Assembly (NCBI GenBank): GCA_050298595.1
Contig: JBNKUM010000115.1
Coordinates: forward strand, 97,178-161,177
Length of the DNA: 64,000 bases
Direction: 5' to 3'
DNA from: Gammaproteobacteria bacterium
GTDB taxonomy: Bacteria; Pseudomonadota; Gammaproteobacteria; GCA-001735895
The position numbers were made by a program, and so were the translations under genes. Below, in pieces: positions 1 through 12,093 of the stretch (the first letter of the stretch is position 1; each line of letters starts with the position of its first letter). Below the pieces are notes generated by a model, which was given only the letters and a program-made list of their open reading frames with translations, was not told where the DNA came from and did not search any database.

Positions 1-277
1 CTTCCATGCTGTAAATAGCCATCACAGCCTGAATAGGAATATAAAGGTTTTGTGACACCCCTGAGAAACGTGTGGAAAATGCAATATAGGCATTATCGAT
101 CTCAAGGCCCTGCACCGCTCGATGAGCGATATTCAATACCACCTTACCGTCTTTAGCGATACCAGAGGGGATCTCCACACCTGGTTGGGTAGTATCGACC
201 ATAATATAAGGGGTAGCATTATTATCTTCCAGCCACTCATACAGGGCTCGGATGAGATAAGGTTTATTCGGGGTCAT
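1..277 (-). CDS. sspB: ClpXP protease specificity-enhancing factor SspB (3' end runs off the window)
   Basis: Translated by hand from ATG at 277: MTPNKPYLIRALYEWLEDNNATPYIMVD...DGKVVLNIAHRAVQGLEIDNAYIAFSTRFSG; lies downstream of sspA. Confidence 0.93.
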   Translation of the reverse strand, partial: MTPNKPYLIRALYEWLEDNNATPYIMVDTTQPGVEIPSGIAKDGKVVLNIAHRAVQGLEIDNAYIAFSTRFSGVSQNLYIPIQAVMAIYSME

Positions 278-290
278 ATCATCTCTCAAT

Positions 291-328
291 AAAAAAGGCC
301 GCTATCGGTAAATATGATAGCGGCCTTT
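291..328 (-). terminator. Intrinsic terminator-like hairpin between sspA and sspB
   Basis: 13-bp perfect stem AAAGGCCGCTATC (294-306) / GATAGCGGCCTTT (316-328); ends in T6 on the minus strand. Confidence 0.7.
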
Positions 329-360
329 AGTGTTAACGGCCAGATTAAAACGAAACCGTT

Positions 361-987
361 TTAATCCACCATGTCACGTTCCTGCTCACTCAAACTCTTC
401 TGGAAAGAAGGTCTGGAAAATACCCGTTTCATGTAATCATGAATTGGCTTGGTCGAAGCCGGCAACTCAATACCATAATAAGGTAATCGCCAGAGTATAG
501 GAGCAATACTGCAATCCAGTAAACTGAACTCTTCAGACAGGAAATATGGCATGGCACTAAACACTTCCACAGAATTGACCAGACTTTCAGTCAATGCCTT
601 TTTCGCCTGAGCTTTTTTCTTATCAGTTCCATGTTCGATATCGGGCAACAGGCTATACCAGTCACTTTCAATTCGAAACAGGCCGAGTCGACTTTTTGCT
701 CTGGAAACCGGATCTACCGGCATCAAAGGCGGATGCGGAAAACGTTCATCAAGATACTCAATCAAAACCCGAGCATCATACAAAACCAGGTCCCGATCTA
801 CCATGGTTGGCACCGTGGCATAGGGATTTAGTTCGAGCAGATCTTCAGGAAGATTGTCCATATCAACATCGTAGATTTCGACGGTGATATCCTTTTCTGC
901 CAGAACGATACGGCTACGATGACATTGTGGGTCAATCGGAGATGAAAAACAGGTCATCACCGAACGACGATTAGCTACAGCTGACAT
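361..987 (-). CDS. sspA: Stringent starvation protein A (GST fold)
   Basis: NRRSVMT, LNPYATVPTMVDRDLVLY, EYLDERFPHPPLMPVDP motifs; petABC-sspAB synteny. Confidence 0.97.
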   Translation of the reverse strand: MSAVANRRSVMTCFSSPIDPQCHRSRIVLAEKDITVEIYDVDMDNLPEDLLELNPYATVPTMVDRDLVLYDARVLIEYLDERFPHPPLMPVDPVSRAKSRLGLFRIESDWYSLLPDIEHGTDKKKAQAKKALTESLVNSVEVFSAMPYFLSEEFSLLDCSIAPILWRLPYYGIELPASTKPIHDYMKRVFSRPSFQKSLSEQERDMVD

Positions 988-1013
988 ATAGTTATGTACT
1001 CAGGTTAAGTGTT

Positions 1014-1778
1014 TTAGTGTACGTCTTTCCAGTATTCCTTCTTCAGCAGATACGACAGTATCAACAATACAAAGAGGAATATCAGGACGCCCGTACCTAC
1101 ATTTTGGCGCTTCTGTTTGTAAGGCTCGGCCAGGTAATCAAGGAAAGCAACCAGGTCTCTTACTGTCTGGTCATACTCTTCAGGAGTCATTGAACCGGGA
1201 GTAACCTGCTCAAAACCGACCATGACTTGATGCTTGCCACCTTGACCATCATCCTGCTCTTCAATGATAGCCTTTTTCAGGCCTTCCAGTTCGGATAATA
1301 CATGAGGCATAGCGACTAACGGAAAAACACCATTATTGACGCCAAAAGGACGAGTCTCATCGATATAAAAACCACGCAGGTAATTATACAGCCAGTGAGT
1401 CCCGCGCGAGCGGGCAACCAGTGATAGGTCTGGTGGAGCAACACCAAAAGCAGCTTCGGCATACTCCTTGCTGATAGTAGTTTTCATCAACTCGCCAACC
1501 TTGGTTTTTTCGCCGTACTTGTCAGTGGTGAAAATCAGGTTTTCAGACACTAGCTCATCAGAAATCCCCAAATCCTGTCCTACACGATTATATCGAGAAT
1601 AACTCGCAGAATGACAGCTCAGGCAGTAATTTGAAAATGTAGCTGCACCACGTTGCATTGCGGCTTTATCATTCCAGTCGATAGAAATATCATCATTTGG
1701 AAAGATTACCTCACCACCAGCTGCCAGACTCAGAACAGGAAATAACAATCCTGCAACAAGAATTAAAGACTTCTTCAT
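1014..1778 (-). CDS. petC: Cytochrome c1
   Basis: Signal peptide, CLSCH heme motif, PPDLSL, C-terminal TM ending LKKEYWKDVH. Confidence 0.97.
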   Translation of the reverse strand: MKKSLILVAGLLFPVLSLAAGGEVIFPNDDISIDWNDKAAMQRGAATFSNYCLSCHSASYSRYNRVGQDLGISDELVSENLIFTTDKYGEKTKVGELMKTTISKEYAEAAFGVAPPDLSLVARSRGTHWLYNYLRGFYIDETRPFGVNNGVFPLVAMPHVLSELEGLKKAIIEEQDDGQGGKHQVMVGFEQVTPGSMTPEEYDQTVRDLVAFLDYLAEPYKQKRQNVGTGVLIFLFVLLILSYLLKKEYWKDVH

Positions 1779-2995
1779 GATGTAACCCTCGCTGGAACTG
1801 GCTTGGTTTTTTCATTTTTACTGATAAACCACAGGCCAATAAAATATCCAAAATATCCTAATGTAAATAAACGAGCAAACCAGGTACGTTCTGTGGTCGC
1901 AGGCAATGCGCCCAGATAACCAAGACCAATAAAACTAATAACAAATATCACCAGCAACACCTTGAATGCACTAGAACGATAGCGTATTGAATGTACCTTA
2001 CCTCTATCCATCCAGGGCAGCAGGAACAGGAAAATAATGGCACCAAACATACCAATAACACCCATCAGCTTATCAGGTACCGCACGTAGAATGGCGTAAA
2101 AAGGAGTGAAGTACCATACAGGTGCTATATGCGCTGGAGTCTTGAACGGGTTGGCTGGAATAAAATTAGCTGCTTCAAGGAAATAGCCATTCATCTCAGG
2201 CATGAAAAACACTACAACACTAAACAGCATCAGGAATACCACAACACCGACAATATCTTTCACCGTGTAGTAAGGGTGAAAAGGGATACCATCCAGAGGA
2301 ATACCATTCTCATCCTTGTTCTTTTTAATTTCGACACCATCAGGATTATTTGAGCCAACTTCATGCAGTGCAAGAATATGCATTACAACTAACATTAATA
2401 GAACGATAGGCACCGCGATAACATGCAATGCAAAGAAACGGTTCAGAGTCGCATCGGAGATAACAAAGTCACCACGAATCCACAGTGTCAGGTCATCACC
2501 AATGACAGGGATAGCACTAAACAGTGAAATAATAACCTGAGCACCCCAGTAAGACATCTGACCCCATGGCAATAGATAACCCATAAAAGCTTCAGCCATC
2601 AGCGCCAGGAAGATAAACATTCCAAAGATCCAGATCAGCTCACGTGGTTTCTGGTAGGAACCGTACATCATGCCGCGGAACATATGCAGGTAAACCACAA
2701 TAAAGAATGCAGAAGCGCCTGTGGAGTGCAGATAACGAATCAACCAGCCCCAGTCAACATCGCGCATGATGTATTCAACCGAAGCAAATGCCAGTTCGCC
2801 ATCGGGTTTGTACTGCATAGTGAGAAAAATACCGGTGACTATCTGTAACACCAGCACCAGTAATGCTAAAGACCCAAAGAAATACCAGAAGTTAAAATTC
2901 TTTGGCGCATAATACTTGGACAGATGGTCTTCCCACATTTTGGTAAGTGGAAAACGCGCATCTACCCAACCTAATAAATCTTTACCCATACTCAT
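1775..2995 (-). CDS. petB: Cytochrome b of bc1 complex
   Basis: GYLLPWGQMSYWGAQVI, PVWYF (PEWY variant), heme-ligand histidines. Confidence 0.98.
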   Translation of the reverse strand: MSMGKDLLGWVDARFPLTKMWEDHLSKYYAPKNFNFWYFFGSLALLVLVLQIVTGIFLTMQYKPDGELAFASVEYIMRDVDWGWLIRYLHSTGASAFFIVVYLHMFRGMMYGSYQKPRELIWIFGMFIFLALMAEAFMGYLLPWGQMSYWGAQVIISLFSAIPVIGDDLTLWIRGDFVISDATLNRFFALHVIAVPIVLLMLVVMHILALHEVGSNNPDGVEIKKNKDENGIPLDGIPFHPYYTVKDIVGVVVFLMLFSVVVFFMPEMNGYFLEAANFIPANPFKTPAHIAPVWYFTPFYAILRAVPDKLMGVIGMFGAIIFLFLLPWMDRGKVHSIRYRSSAFKVLLVIFVISFIGLGYLGALPATTERTWFARLFTLGYFGYFIGLWFISKNEKTKPVPARVTS

Positions 2996-2996
2996 T

Positions 2997-3572
2997 TTAT
3001 GCTTCTCCGTCTTCGCCGATTAATACGACGGTTTCACTCACATAACGATGCTTTGGAATCACCAGATTGGTCGGTGCAGGAACACCCTGATGTACACGTG
3101 CAGCAAAGTCAAACTTGGAGCCATGACAGGGGCAGAAAAAGCCACCCATCCAGTCAGCGGTGATTTCCGGACGAAAGGATGGCGAGCAACCCAGGTGAGT
3201 ACAGATACCAATTACAACCAGATACTCAGGCTTGATTGAGCGATGCTCATTCTTACAGTAAGCAGGCTGTATACTTTCATCCGAATTTGGATCACGTAAT
3301 ACGTCAACCATCTTGGGAAGTGTTGCCAGGGCTTCTTCTCCACGGCGCACAATCCATACAGGCTTACCTTGCCACTTAACAATTATTTGCTGACCTATGT
3401 CCAGTTTACCTATGTCCGCCTCAACCGGCGCACCGGCAGACTTGGCTTTGGCACTGGGATTCCAGGTCATGAGAAACGGGACAGCCGCAGCTACGACACC
3501 GGCACCACCAACAACACTGGTCGCAGCGGTGAGAAAGCGTCGACGGGATTTATCTATACCTTCAGATGACAT
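2997..3572 (-). CDS. petA: Ubiquinol-cytochrome c reductase Rieske Fe-S subunit
   Basis: Tat motif SRRRFL, CTHLGC and CPCHGS; ATG at 3572 preferred over the ORF-track start 3605. Confidence 0.97.
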   Translation of the reverse strand: MSSEGIDKSRRRFLTAATSVVGGAGVVAAAVPFLMTWNPSAKAKSAGAPVEADIGKLDIGQQIIVKWQGKPVWIVRRGEEALATLPKMVDVLRDPNSDESIQPAYCKNEHRSIKPEYLVVIGICTHLGCSPSFRPEITADWMGGFFCPCHGSKFDFAARVHQGVPAPTNLVIPKHRYVSETVVLIGEDGEA

Positions 3573-3772
3573 CTGAATCTCTCTCCATCTTAAGAAATCG
3601 GACACAGACTGGCCTGTCTAACCTAAATTAAACTACACAATCTGCACAAAAAAACGGGCGCAAGAATATACTAATTTTCTTATTTCGTCGAGGCTTTAAC
3701 CAAAATAAACCCCGCCAACAGGAGCTATATCAAGTGAACCCCTGGATTCAAAAAACGCCGGAAACAACCTCA

Positions 3773-4510
3773 TTAGACCGGATTATCAATATCAATAAAA
3801 CTATGCTTAATAGAAAAACGTTCCGCTAAAAGATTTCCTAAGGCCTGAACGCCATAGCGCTCGGTAGCATGATGCCCGGCAGCGATATAATGTATCCCAG
3901 TCTCGCGTGCAAAATGTACGGTTGATTCTGAAATTTCACCAGAAATAAATAGATCAACCCCCTGCTTAACTGCCTGTTCTATATATGATTGTGCTGCTCC
4001 TGTGCACCAGGCAATACGTCGAACAGGATGTTCACCTCCATGTATCAATAAGGGGTTACTATCGATAACCTCACCCAGATCTTCCAGTACCTGCTCAACC
4101 AAACAGCTGTCAGCCACCTCACCCAACCACAGCAACCCCTGCTGACCGGTCACCAGCCAACCCATACGTTTAGCCAATTGCGCATTATTGCCGACAGTAG
4201 GATGTGCATCTAAAGGCAGATGATAGGCCAGTAAACTAATATCATGCTGAAACAGCTTACGGATACGATTTCCCTTAAATCCCACTAATGGTACAGCCTC
4301 CCCTTTCCAGAAATACCCATGATGAACCAGCAGCGCATCAGCGCCCTGTTGAATAGCAGCATCAATTAATTCCAGACTGGCGGTTACGCCTGTTACCAGA
4401 TGATTCAAATCGGCCCGCCCTTCGACCTGCAAACCATTCGGACAATAATCATCGAATTCATCGATAGAAAGATAGTCATCGCAAAAATGACACATCTCAT
4501 CAAGTTGCAT
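3773..4510 (-). CDS. Nif3-like dinuclear metal center hexameric protein (YbgI family)
   Basis: DYCPNGLQVEG, LVHHGYFWKGE, YHLPLDAH, AAGHHATERYG. Confidence 0.95.
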   Translation of the reverse strand: MQLDEMCHFCDDYLSIDEFDDYCPNGLQVEGRADLNHLVTGVTASLELIDAAIQQGADALLVHHGYFWKGEAVPLVGFKGNRIRKLFQHDISLLAYHLPLDAHPTVGNNAQLAKRMGWLVTGQQGLLWLGEVADSCLVEQVLEDLGEVIDSNPLLIHGGEHPVRRIAWCTGAAQSYIEQAVKQGVDLFISGEISESTVHFARETGIHYIAAGHHATERYGVQALGNLLAERFSIKHSFIDIDNPV

Positions 4511-4558
4511 TATTATCTCTACCTCCTTAATTTTGAGTAGCTATGATAAAGTAATTGG

Positions 4559-5731
4559 ATGAAAATTTTAAAACTATTCCTGTTTCTGTTTCAGTTCGCA
4601 TTTATTGGGCTGATACTGGGTGCCGCTTACCTGATATGGCAATCTCCAGATGTACCGGCAACCATAAATAGCTGGTTACCTAACACATGGCAATCTAGCC
4701 CCGAAATTAAGACCGCAGCACCTTCCTTACCCGACCCTCAAGGACCATTCTCCTATGCTGAAGCAGTACAAACCTCTGCACCTTCAGTAGTCACTATCTA
4801 TACCAGTAAAACGGTCAAGCAGAGTGTACACCCTTTACTCGACGATCCGGTGTTTGATCAGCTGTTTGGAGATCAATTAAAAAAATATAAACGTGATAAG
4901 ACCTCAACCAACCTTGGCTCAGGCGTCATAGTTTCCAGCGACGGATATATTCTGACCAATCAACATGTAGTCGACGGTGCTGATGAAATTCTGATTTCAC
5001 TATCCGATGGCCGTAGTAGTGAAGCCAGAGTCATTGGCGAGGACCGTGAAAGTGACATTGCTGTTTTGCATATTCCTCTGAATAATCTGAAAAACATCCA
5101 GGTTGCTAACGGCGACAACCCCATTCGAGTGGGCGATGTAGCACTCGCAATCGGTAATCCTCTCAACGTGGGGCAGACTGTCACCATGGGTATTATCAGC
5201 GCCACCGGGCGTAACAGGGTAGGATTGAATACTTTTGAAAACTTCATCCAGACCGATGCCGCCATCAACCCTGGGAATTCCGGCGGTGCACTGGTGAATG
5301 CGCATGGTGATCTGATCGGTATCAATAGCGCAATCTTCAGTCAGTCAGGTGGCTCACAGGGTATAGGTTTTGCCATACCCATTTCTCTGGCACTGGATGT
5401 CATGCAGCAAATCGTCAAATATGGTCACGTCAGCCGGGGCTGGCTGGGTGTTGAAGGCACAGATATTACCGCTCAGGCAGCGATTAACTCGGGCAATCCG
5501 AATATACGTGGGGTGCTAATAGTCGGTGTATTTATCGACAGCCCTGCCGACAAAGCAGGTATATTGACCGGAGATGTCATCACTGCGATTGATCACAAAC
5601 CGGTCAGTAAGGTACGTAATGTGCTGGAGATCATAGCCGGACATAAACCTGGGGAAGAAGTTGTCATCGATATTCTGCGTGACGGCCAATCTTTATCATT
5701 ACCGATGATGACAACCGAAAGACCACAATAA
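4559..5731 (+). CDS. degS: DegS/AlgW-type membrane-anchored serine protease with one PDZ domain
   Basis: N-terminal TM, LTNQHVV, QTDAAINPGNSGG catalytic motif, single PDZ. Confidence 0.85.
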   Translation: MKILKLFLFLFQFAFIGLILGAAYLIWQSPDVPATINSWLPNTWQSSPEIKTAAPSLPDPQGPFSYAEAVQTSAPSVVTIYTSKTVKQSVHPLLDDPVFDQLFGDQLKKYKRDKTSTNLGSGVIVSSDGYILTNQHVVDGADEILISLSDGRSSEARVIGEDRESDIAVLHIPLNNLKNIQVANGDNPIRVGDVALAIGNPLNVGQTVTMGIISATGRNRVGLNTFENFIQTDAAINPGNSGGALVNAHGDLIGINSAIFSQSGGSQGIGFAIPISLALDVMQQIVKYGHVSRGWLGVEGTDITAQAAINSGNPNIRGVLIVGVFIDSPADKAGILTGDVITAIDHKPVSKVRNVLEIIAGHKPGEEVVIDILRDGQSLSLPMMTTERPQ

Positions 5732-5773
5732 AGCTGAGGAAATGAAAAGCGCTAGCCGAACTGAAATTCTCGG

Positions 5774-6253
5774 CTAGTGCTTATACAATTTTTCAAAGCC
5801 AGCCACTGAAAATCCATTCATCCGCTTATTGCCGACCAATATGAGAGGCAAACCATTGCTTCCTGATTTTCTATAGTCAATTTCACCTTTTTGTGATTTT
5901 TCAACATCATACTCGTCAAATGCAATCTTCTTTTTCTTAAAATAACGCCGCGCCTGTTTACAATAACCACACCAGGAAGCGCTATACATCACGACATCCT
6001 TTGAGGTTTCTTTGCTTTCAGTGATTAAACCAGGGTCAAACTTAAACTTTGATTTATCCGAACCATTTGCAGGTGAGTAACTGGAAAAAGAATTGACCTG
6101 AACATTAATCTTTTCAACCTTTCCCTTTTCAGGGAGGCTGTTGGAAAAATGCACCGTACCCTTGCTATCTACCCATTTATAAATCTCTGCTGCTGCAGTA
6201 TTAATGAGTCCGATCAGCAAAACGATGATCATTAAGCGAAACATCATTGTCAT
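5774..6253 (-). CDS. Exported DUF4124 + glutaredoxin (NrdH-like) domain protein
   Basis: Signal peptide, IYKWVDSKGTVHFS (DUF4124-like), C-terminal WCGYC. Confidence 0.85.
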   Translation of the reverse strand: MTMMFRLMIIVLLIGLINTAAAEIYKWVDSKGTVHFSNSLPEKGKVEKINVQVNSFSSYSPANGSDKSKFKFDPGLITESKETSKDVVMYSASWCGYCKQARRYFKKKKIAFDEYDVEKSQKGEIDYRKSGSNGLPLILVGNKRMNGFSVAGFEKLYKH

Positions 6254-6405
6254 TACTCCCTACACCCTGGAATTATCGGTATAGTAAAAAGGTATAGCAA
6301 TTTATACGCTAAATCACAACCTGATTACCCAGATAAAAGAGTTAGACCTACCAAATTGAAGCCCAAAAAGTATTTTGTTTATGAATTTCTGGGTCTCCAC
6401 TTATA

Positions 6406-7710
6406 TCAGGGCTTTATACGATACTCGGCTGAACGGGCATGCGCAGTCAGCCCTTCACCATGTGCCATGACAGATGCCACCTTACCCAATGTGGAGGCAC
6501 CTTCTGAGGAACAGCCAATCAGGCTAGAACGTTTCTGAAAGTCATACACGCCCAGGGGAGATGAAAATCTTGCCGTACGCGAGGTTGGTAAGACATGGTT
6601 TGGGCCTGCACAATAATCACCTAGAGCTTCCGCAGTGTAACGACCCATGAAGATTGCGCCAGCATGCTTAATTGAGCGGGCAACTTCTCTGGCATTCTCT
6701 ACCGATAACTCAAGATGCTCTGGCGCGACATAATTGGCTACTTGCACCGCTTCATCCATATCCTGCACATGGATCAAGGCGCCACGTGTTGACATGGAGG
6801 TATGGATAATGGCTTTACGCGGCATTTCCTGAATAAGCTTATCGATACTCTGCTTAACCTGTTGCAGAAAATCCGCATCAGGAGAAACCAATATTGACTG
6901 AGCATCTTCGTCATGCTCGGCCTGCGAGAATAAATCCATCGCAATCCAGTCCGGGTCGGTTTTGCCGTCGCATATCACGAGAATTTCCGAAGGCCCGGCT
7001 ATCATATCGATCCCTACTGTACCAAACACCATACGCTTGGCTGTTGCCACATAGATATTGCCCGGCCCGACAATCTTATCGACCTGAGGTACTGTTTCTG
7101 TACCATAAGCCAGTGCGGCGATAGCCTGTGCACCACCAATGGTAAAAACCCGGTCCACATTGGATAGATGCGCAGCGGCCAGTACCAGATCATTCACCAC
7201 ACCATTCGGTGTTGGCACCACCATGATGAGTTCTTTTACTCCGGCGACCTTGGCAGGAATTGCATTCATCAATACCGACGAAGGATAGGCTGCTTTGCCG
7301 CCTGGTACATAAAGCCCGGCTTTATCCAACGCAGTCACCTGTTGTCCGAGAATCGTACCGTCATCTTCGGTATATTCCCAGGAGTCCATTTTCTGTCTTT
7401 CTGCATAGCTACGTATACGCTTAGCCGAGAGTTCTAGCGCATTTTTCTGTTCACTAGACAAGCTTTCAAAAGCCTGTTTCAGGGTTTCCAGCGGCATTTC
7501 CAGCTCTGACATACTGTCGACTTTCAAACCATCAAATCGAGCTGTTAAATCGAGCACTGCCGCATCACCCTGATTGCGAACGCTAGACAGAATTTCGATC
7601 ACAGTACTCATAACCTGTTCATCGGATTCCGAATCCCAGGCCAGTAATTGTTCCAGTTGTGGCCAGAAATCTTCGCTCTGGCTGTTGAGTTGTTTGATTT
7701 CAATATTCAT
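6406..7710 (-). CDS. hisD: Histidinol dehydrogenase
   Basis: [47 protein letters not shown]. Confidence 0.98.
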   Translation of the reverse strand: MNIEIKQLNSQSEDFWPQLEQLLAWDSESDEQVMSTVIEILSSVRNQGDAAVLDLTARFDGLKVDSMSELEMPLETLKQAFESLSSEQKNALELSAKRIRSYAERQKMDSWEYTEDDGTILGQQVTALDKAGLYVPGGKAAYPSSVLMNAIPAKVAGVKELIMVVPTPNGVVNDLVLAAAHLSNVDRVFTIGGAQAIAALAYGTETVPQVDKIVGPGNIYVATAKRMVFGTVGIDMIAGPSEILVICDGKTDPDWIAMDLFSQAEHDEDAQSILVSPDADFLQQVKQSIDKLIQEMPRKAIIHTSMSTRGALIHVQDMDEAVQVANYVAPEHLELSVENAREVARSIKHAGAIFMGRYTAEALGDYCAGPNHVLPTSRTARFSSPLGVYDFQKRSSLIGCSSEGASTLGKVASVMAHGEGLTAHARSAEYRIKP

Positions 7711-7726
7711 CGTGATCTCTTAAGCC

Positions 7727-8368
7727 CTAACAGGATGGCTCTTCCACCGCTGCTTCAATTTTTTCTACAACCTGCTTGATCGCCCGGTTCTTCATTTTTA
7801 ATGAAGCCCGGTTAATGATCAGGCGCGAACTGATATCCATAATAAATTCCAGCGGCACCAGGCCATTAGCCTTTAATGTATTGCCGGTATCAACCAGATC
7901 AACAATCATATCGGCCAACCCAACGATAGGTGCCAGCTCCATTGAGCCGTACAACTTGATCAACTCAACCTGACGACCCAGTTTAAGAAAATAATCTCGT
8001 GTAATCCCGGTATATTTGGTTGCCACCTTCAAACGCCCGGCTGGCAATTCACGATCAGCATAACCTGCGGTCATGAGCTTACAGGGTGCGATATGTAAAT
8101 CGATACGTTCATACAGGCCTTCACCGCCATGCTCCAGCAACACGTCTTTGCCTGCAATACCAATATCTGCGGCACCATATTGAACATAGGTCGGCACATC
8201 AGCAGATCTTATCAATACCAGATTAATATTTTCGTGATTGGTTTTAAAAATCAACTTGCGGCTTTTTTCCATATCCACTTCAGGAATAATGCCCGCGCGT
8301 TCCAGTAACGGCAGGGTTTCTTTAAGGATACGGCCCTTGGCCAGAGCGATGGTAATTAAATCGATCAT
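7727..8368 (-). CDS. hisG: ATP phosphoribosyltransferase, short form (HisZ-dependent)
   Basis: [49 protein letters not shown]; 213 aa. Confidence 0.97.
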   Translation of the reverse strand: MIDLITIALAKGRILKETLPLLERAGIIPEVDMEKSRKLIFKTNHENINLVLIRSADVPTYVQYGAADIGIAGKDVLLEHGGEGLYERIDLHIAPCKLMTAGYADRELPAGRLKVATKYTGITRDYFLKLGRQVELIKLYGSMELAPIVGLADMIVDLVDTGNTLKANGLVPLEFIMDISSRLIINRASLKMKNRAIKQVVEKIEAAVEEPSC

Positions 8369-8419
8369 AAGACTTTTAATATTATTGGATTTATGGGTTT
8401 CGTCTAAATTAATTGAAAC

Positions 8420-9679
<1,260 letters not shown>

Positions 9680-9776
9680 TTATGATTAGGACCCCAACAG
9701 CCATCACCGAGAAAACGGGGCATTGTATCAGAACAGGCCTTCGATAGTGAATCGAAGCATTATATGGATAATTCTA

Positions 9777-10079
9777 TTACTTATTTTCGCTAAGTAATGA
9801 GTCCACTTGACTCAATCTTGCGATGGTCAGTAGTGTCTCGGAAAGATGGATAAATGAAACAGTCTTTTCACTTTTCTGCACAGCTTTTTTTAGTTCGATC
9901 AGCAGTGCAACAGCCGTACTATCGACCTTAGTTACCCCACTGAAATCAATCACCCAGCCTGACAGGGTTTTACCCTTGCGAGTCATTTGCTCTAGAGCAT
10001 ACATCACTGTATCGCATATCAGCTCACCCTTAATCTGGATATACTGATTACCTTCATCGAATTTAACTTCAACACCCAT
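9777..10079 (-). CDS. mlaB: MlaB STAS-domain subunit
   Basis: IDFSGVTKVDSTAVALL STAS motif; last gene of the mla operon. Confidence 0.88.
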   Translation of the reverse strand: MGVEVKFDEGNQYIQIKGELICDTVMYALEQMTRKGKTLSGWVIDFSGVTKVDSTAVALLIELKKAVQKSEKTVSFIHLSETLLTIARLSQVDSLLSENK

Positions 10080-10105
10080 CTATCGTTTACTCGCCAGTCA
10101 GTGAC

Positions 10106-10723
10106 TCAGGAATTTTCCTGCTTATTACGATCCTGCAATGATTTGATCAAGCCATCTACGCCGGCTTCTTTTATTTTACGTGAAAAGGTCGAGCGATAAT
10201 TACTCACCAGACTGATACCATCTACACTAATATCGTATACCTTCCAACCATCATCTTTCTTATAAACCTCATAGTTCAGCGGGATGGGAAAACCACCTTT
10301 TTGTTCGATTTCAGTTCTGATCGAAACATCGCCTTTCTCCAGGCTACCGCGCATAGGCAAATACTTGATCACCTGGTCATTATATTCCAGCAACGCTTTT
10401 CCGTAAGTTCTAACCAGCAACTGACGAAATTCATTAACCAGTTTCGGCTTCTGCTGTTTATTGACCTTAACCTTATAACGTCCAAGTGCCAGATCCGTCA
10501 TGCGGTCAAAATCAAAATGCGGTAACACCTTCTCATCTACCATGGCATAGAGTCTGGCTGGATCCTGCTTGAACTCCTGTGAGCGTGACTTGATGATTTC
10601 CAGTACTTCATCAGCCGTTATTTTGATCAATTGCTCTGGGGCAGAATCTCCCGCCATCACCGGCTGTTGAAAAAATCCGGCAATAAGTACGAATACACTT
10701 AGTTTTAATAAAAGGCTTTTCAT
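10106..10723 (-). CDS. mlaC: Periplasmic phospholipid shuttle MlaC/Ttg2D
   Basis: Signal peptide, LPHFDFDRM, WKVYDISVDGISLVSNYRS. Confidence 0.95.
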   Translation of the reverse strand: MKSLLLKLSVFVLIAGFFQQPVMAGDSAPEQLIKITADEVLEIIKSRSQEFKQDPARLYAMVDEKVLPHFDFDRMTDLALGRYKVKVNKQQKPKLVNEFRQLLVRTYGKALLEYNDQVIKYLPMRGSLEKGDVSIRTEIEQKGGFPIPLNYEVYKKDDGWKVYDISVDGISLVSNYRSTFSRKIKEAGVDGLIKSLQDRNKQENS

Positions 10724-12084
10724 TGATACACACCACTCACACTTTTCAATTTGGAAACATGATTATTGTAATCATTCACAATCTTTACATATTCGGCATA
10801 CGCCAGCACATAGGCCTGCATGGCGGTAAGAATCTTCTCGGCTTCTTCCAGCCCTGCCTCAAAATCGGTGTAACTGGCAATCATCCAGCGCCTTGCCGAC
10901 TTCGCACTTTCCTTCATAGCCAGCATAGCCTTGTACTTGGATTGCACATAGTGATATTGCTCAGCCACCTGAAATGGAATGCCCTTACGCGCAAACGATG
11001 CCTTAGACACTAAAGCGTCCAGCTCAGCCTGTTCCTGTGCTACGCGAGCCGGTTGCGCATCAGCTTCCCATTGCCAGCGCATACCAATCACGGGTGAAGC
11101 TGCAACATGATTAAACGGGTCAAAAATATGCGGATTATCCAGTCGCTCACGACCCGGCGCATAAGAAAGAGACCCCGCCACACCCGCATAAATGATCGGT
11201 TTTTCACTTGATCTTTTGGCTTCAACCAGAGCACGTCGTGCTGCTAGGCCTGCCTCAATCTGCTTAAATTCGACCCGGTTTTGGGTAGCGCTATCCACCC
11301 ACTCCTGCAGTTCCATATCTGGCAGATCTACCGCCCGCAGACGTGTATCTTCCAGTTGCAACTCTTCATTTGCATCGATACCGGTTAACAACCTTAAACC
11401 TTCCATTGCTATGCTTTCCAGGCCACTGGCTTCAGCCAGATAGCGATGGATCAATCCAAGACCTGCCTCCAGGGCATATTGATTACTTAAGGTTGCCTTG
11501 CCGTTATCTTCATCCAGCCACTCATTGACTAACTCAAGTGCTGCAGTCAATCGCTTTTCGGTATCTTCCATCAGGAAACGGCCATCACGTGCGGCCAGAT
11601 AACCGTTATAGGCTTTTACTACATCCAGCTTGATAGATTCCTTCTCCAGCTCAACATCCTGTTGTTTGATAATAATGTTATTACGTGCCGCTTCCTGATA
11701 ACTCTCCAGCTGACCGAATGTGGTCAGCGGGGTGACGACACTAAAGGTCATGCTCACCCAGGGCGACAGTCCATCATTAAAATCATAGGTATCACTACGA
11801 GGGGTACAGTTACTGCTACAACTATCAGCGCCATTTTCATAAAACCCGCCGTCGACACCAGTAATCACTGCCAGAGCACTGTCTACGGCAAAGCGCCATC
11901 CACCTGTTCCTTCCGCCTCCTGCAGCAAGGCCTTCGCTTTACGCACAAAGGCCTGTTTTTCTTCAATCCTGGGATCGGCATTTAATGCCCGTTCTATGGC
12001 CTGTTCAAGATTCAACGTAACCGTTGCATTTCCCGCCAGTGGGAATAGCAATAATGACATTAATATAAGAATAGGTTTTTTCAT
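10720..12084 (-). CDS. TolC/outer-membrane efflux family protein
   Basis: Signal peptide, LNLEQAIERAL N-terminus, two OEP-like repeats (DVVKAYNGYLAA; QNRVEFKQ...KRSSEKP), C-terminal YEAG-like DFEAG. Confidence 0.8.
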   Translation of the reverse strand: MKKPILILMSLLLFPLAGNATVTLNLEQAIERALNADPRIEEKQAFVRKAKALLQEAEGTGGWRFAVDSALAVITGVDGGFYENGADSCSSNCTPRSDTYDFNDGLSPWVSMTFSVVTPLTTFGQLESYQEAARNNIIIKQQDVELEKESIKLDVVKAYNGYLAARDGRFLMEDTEKRLTAALELVNEWLDEDNGKATLSNQYALEAGLGLIHRYLAEASGLESIAMEGLRLLTGIDANEELQLEDTRLRAVDLPDMELQEWVDSATQNRVEFKQIEAGLAARRALVEAKRSSEKPIIYAGVAGSLSYAPGRERLDNPHIFDPFNHVAASPVIGMRWQWEADAQPARVAQEQAELDALVSKASFARKGIPFQVAEQYHYVQSKYKAMLAMKESAKSARRWMIASYTDFEAGLEEAEKILTAMQAYVLAYAEYVKIVNDYNNHVSKLKSVSGVYQ

Positions 12085-12093
12085 GGTTATCTA

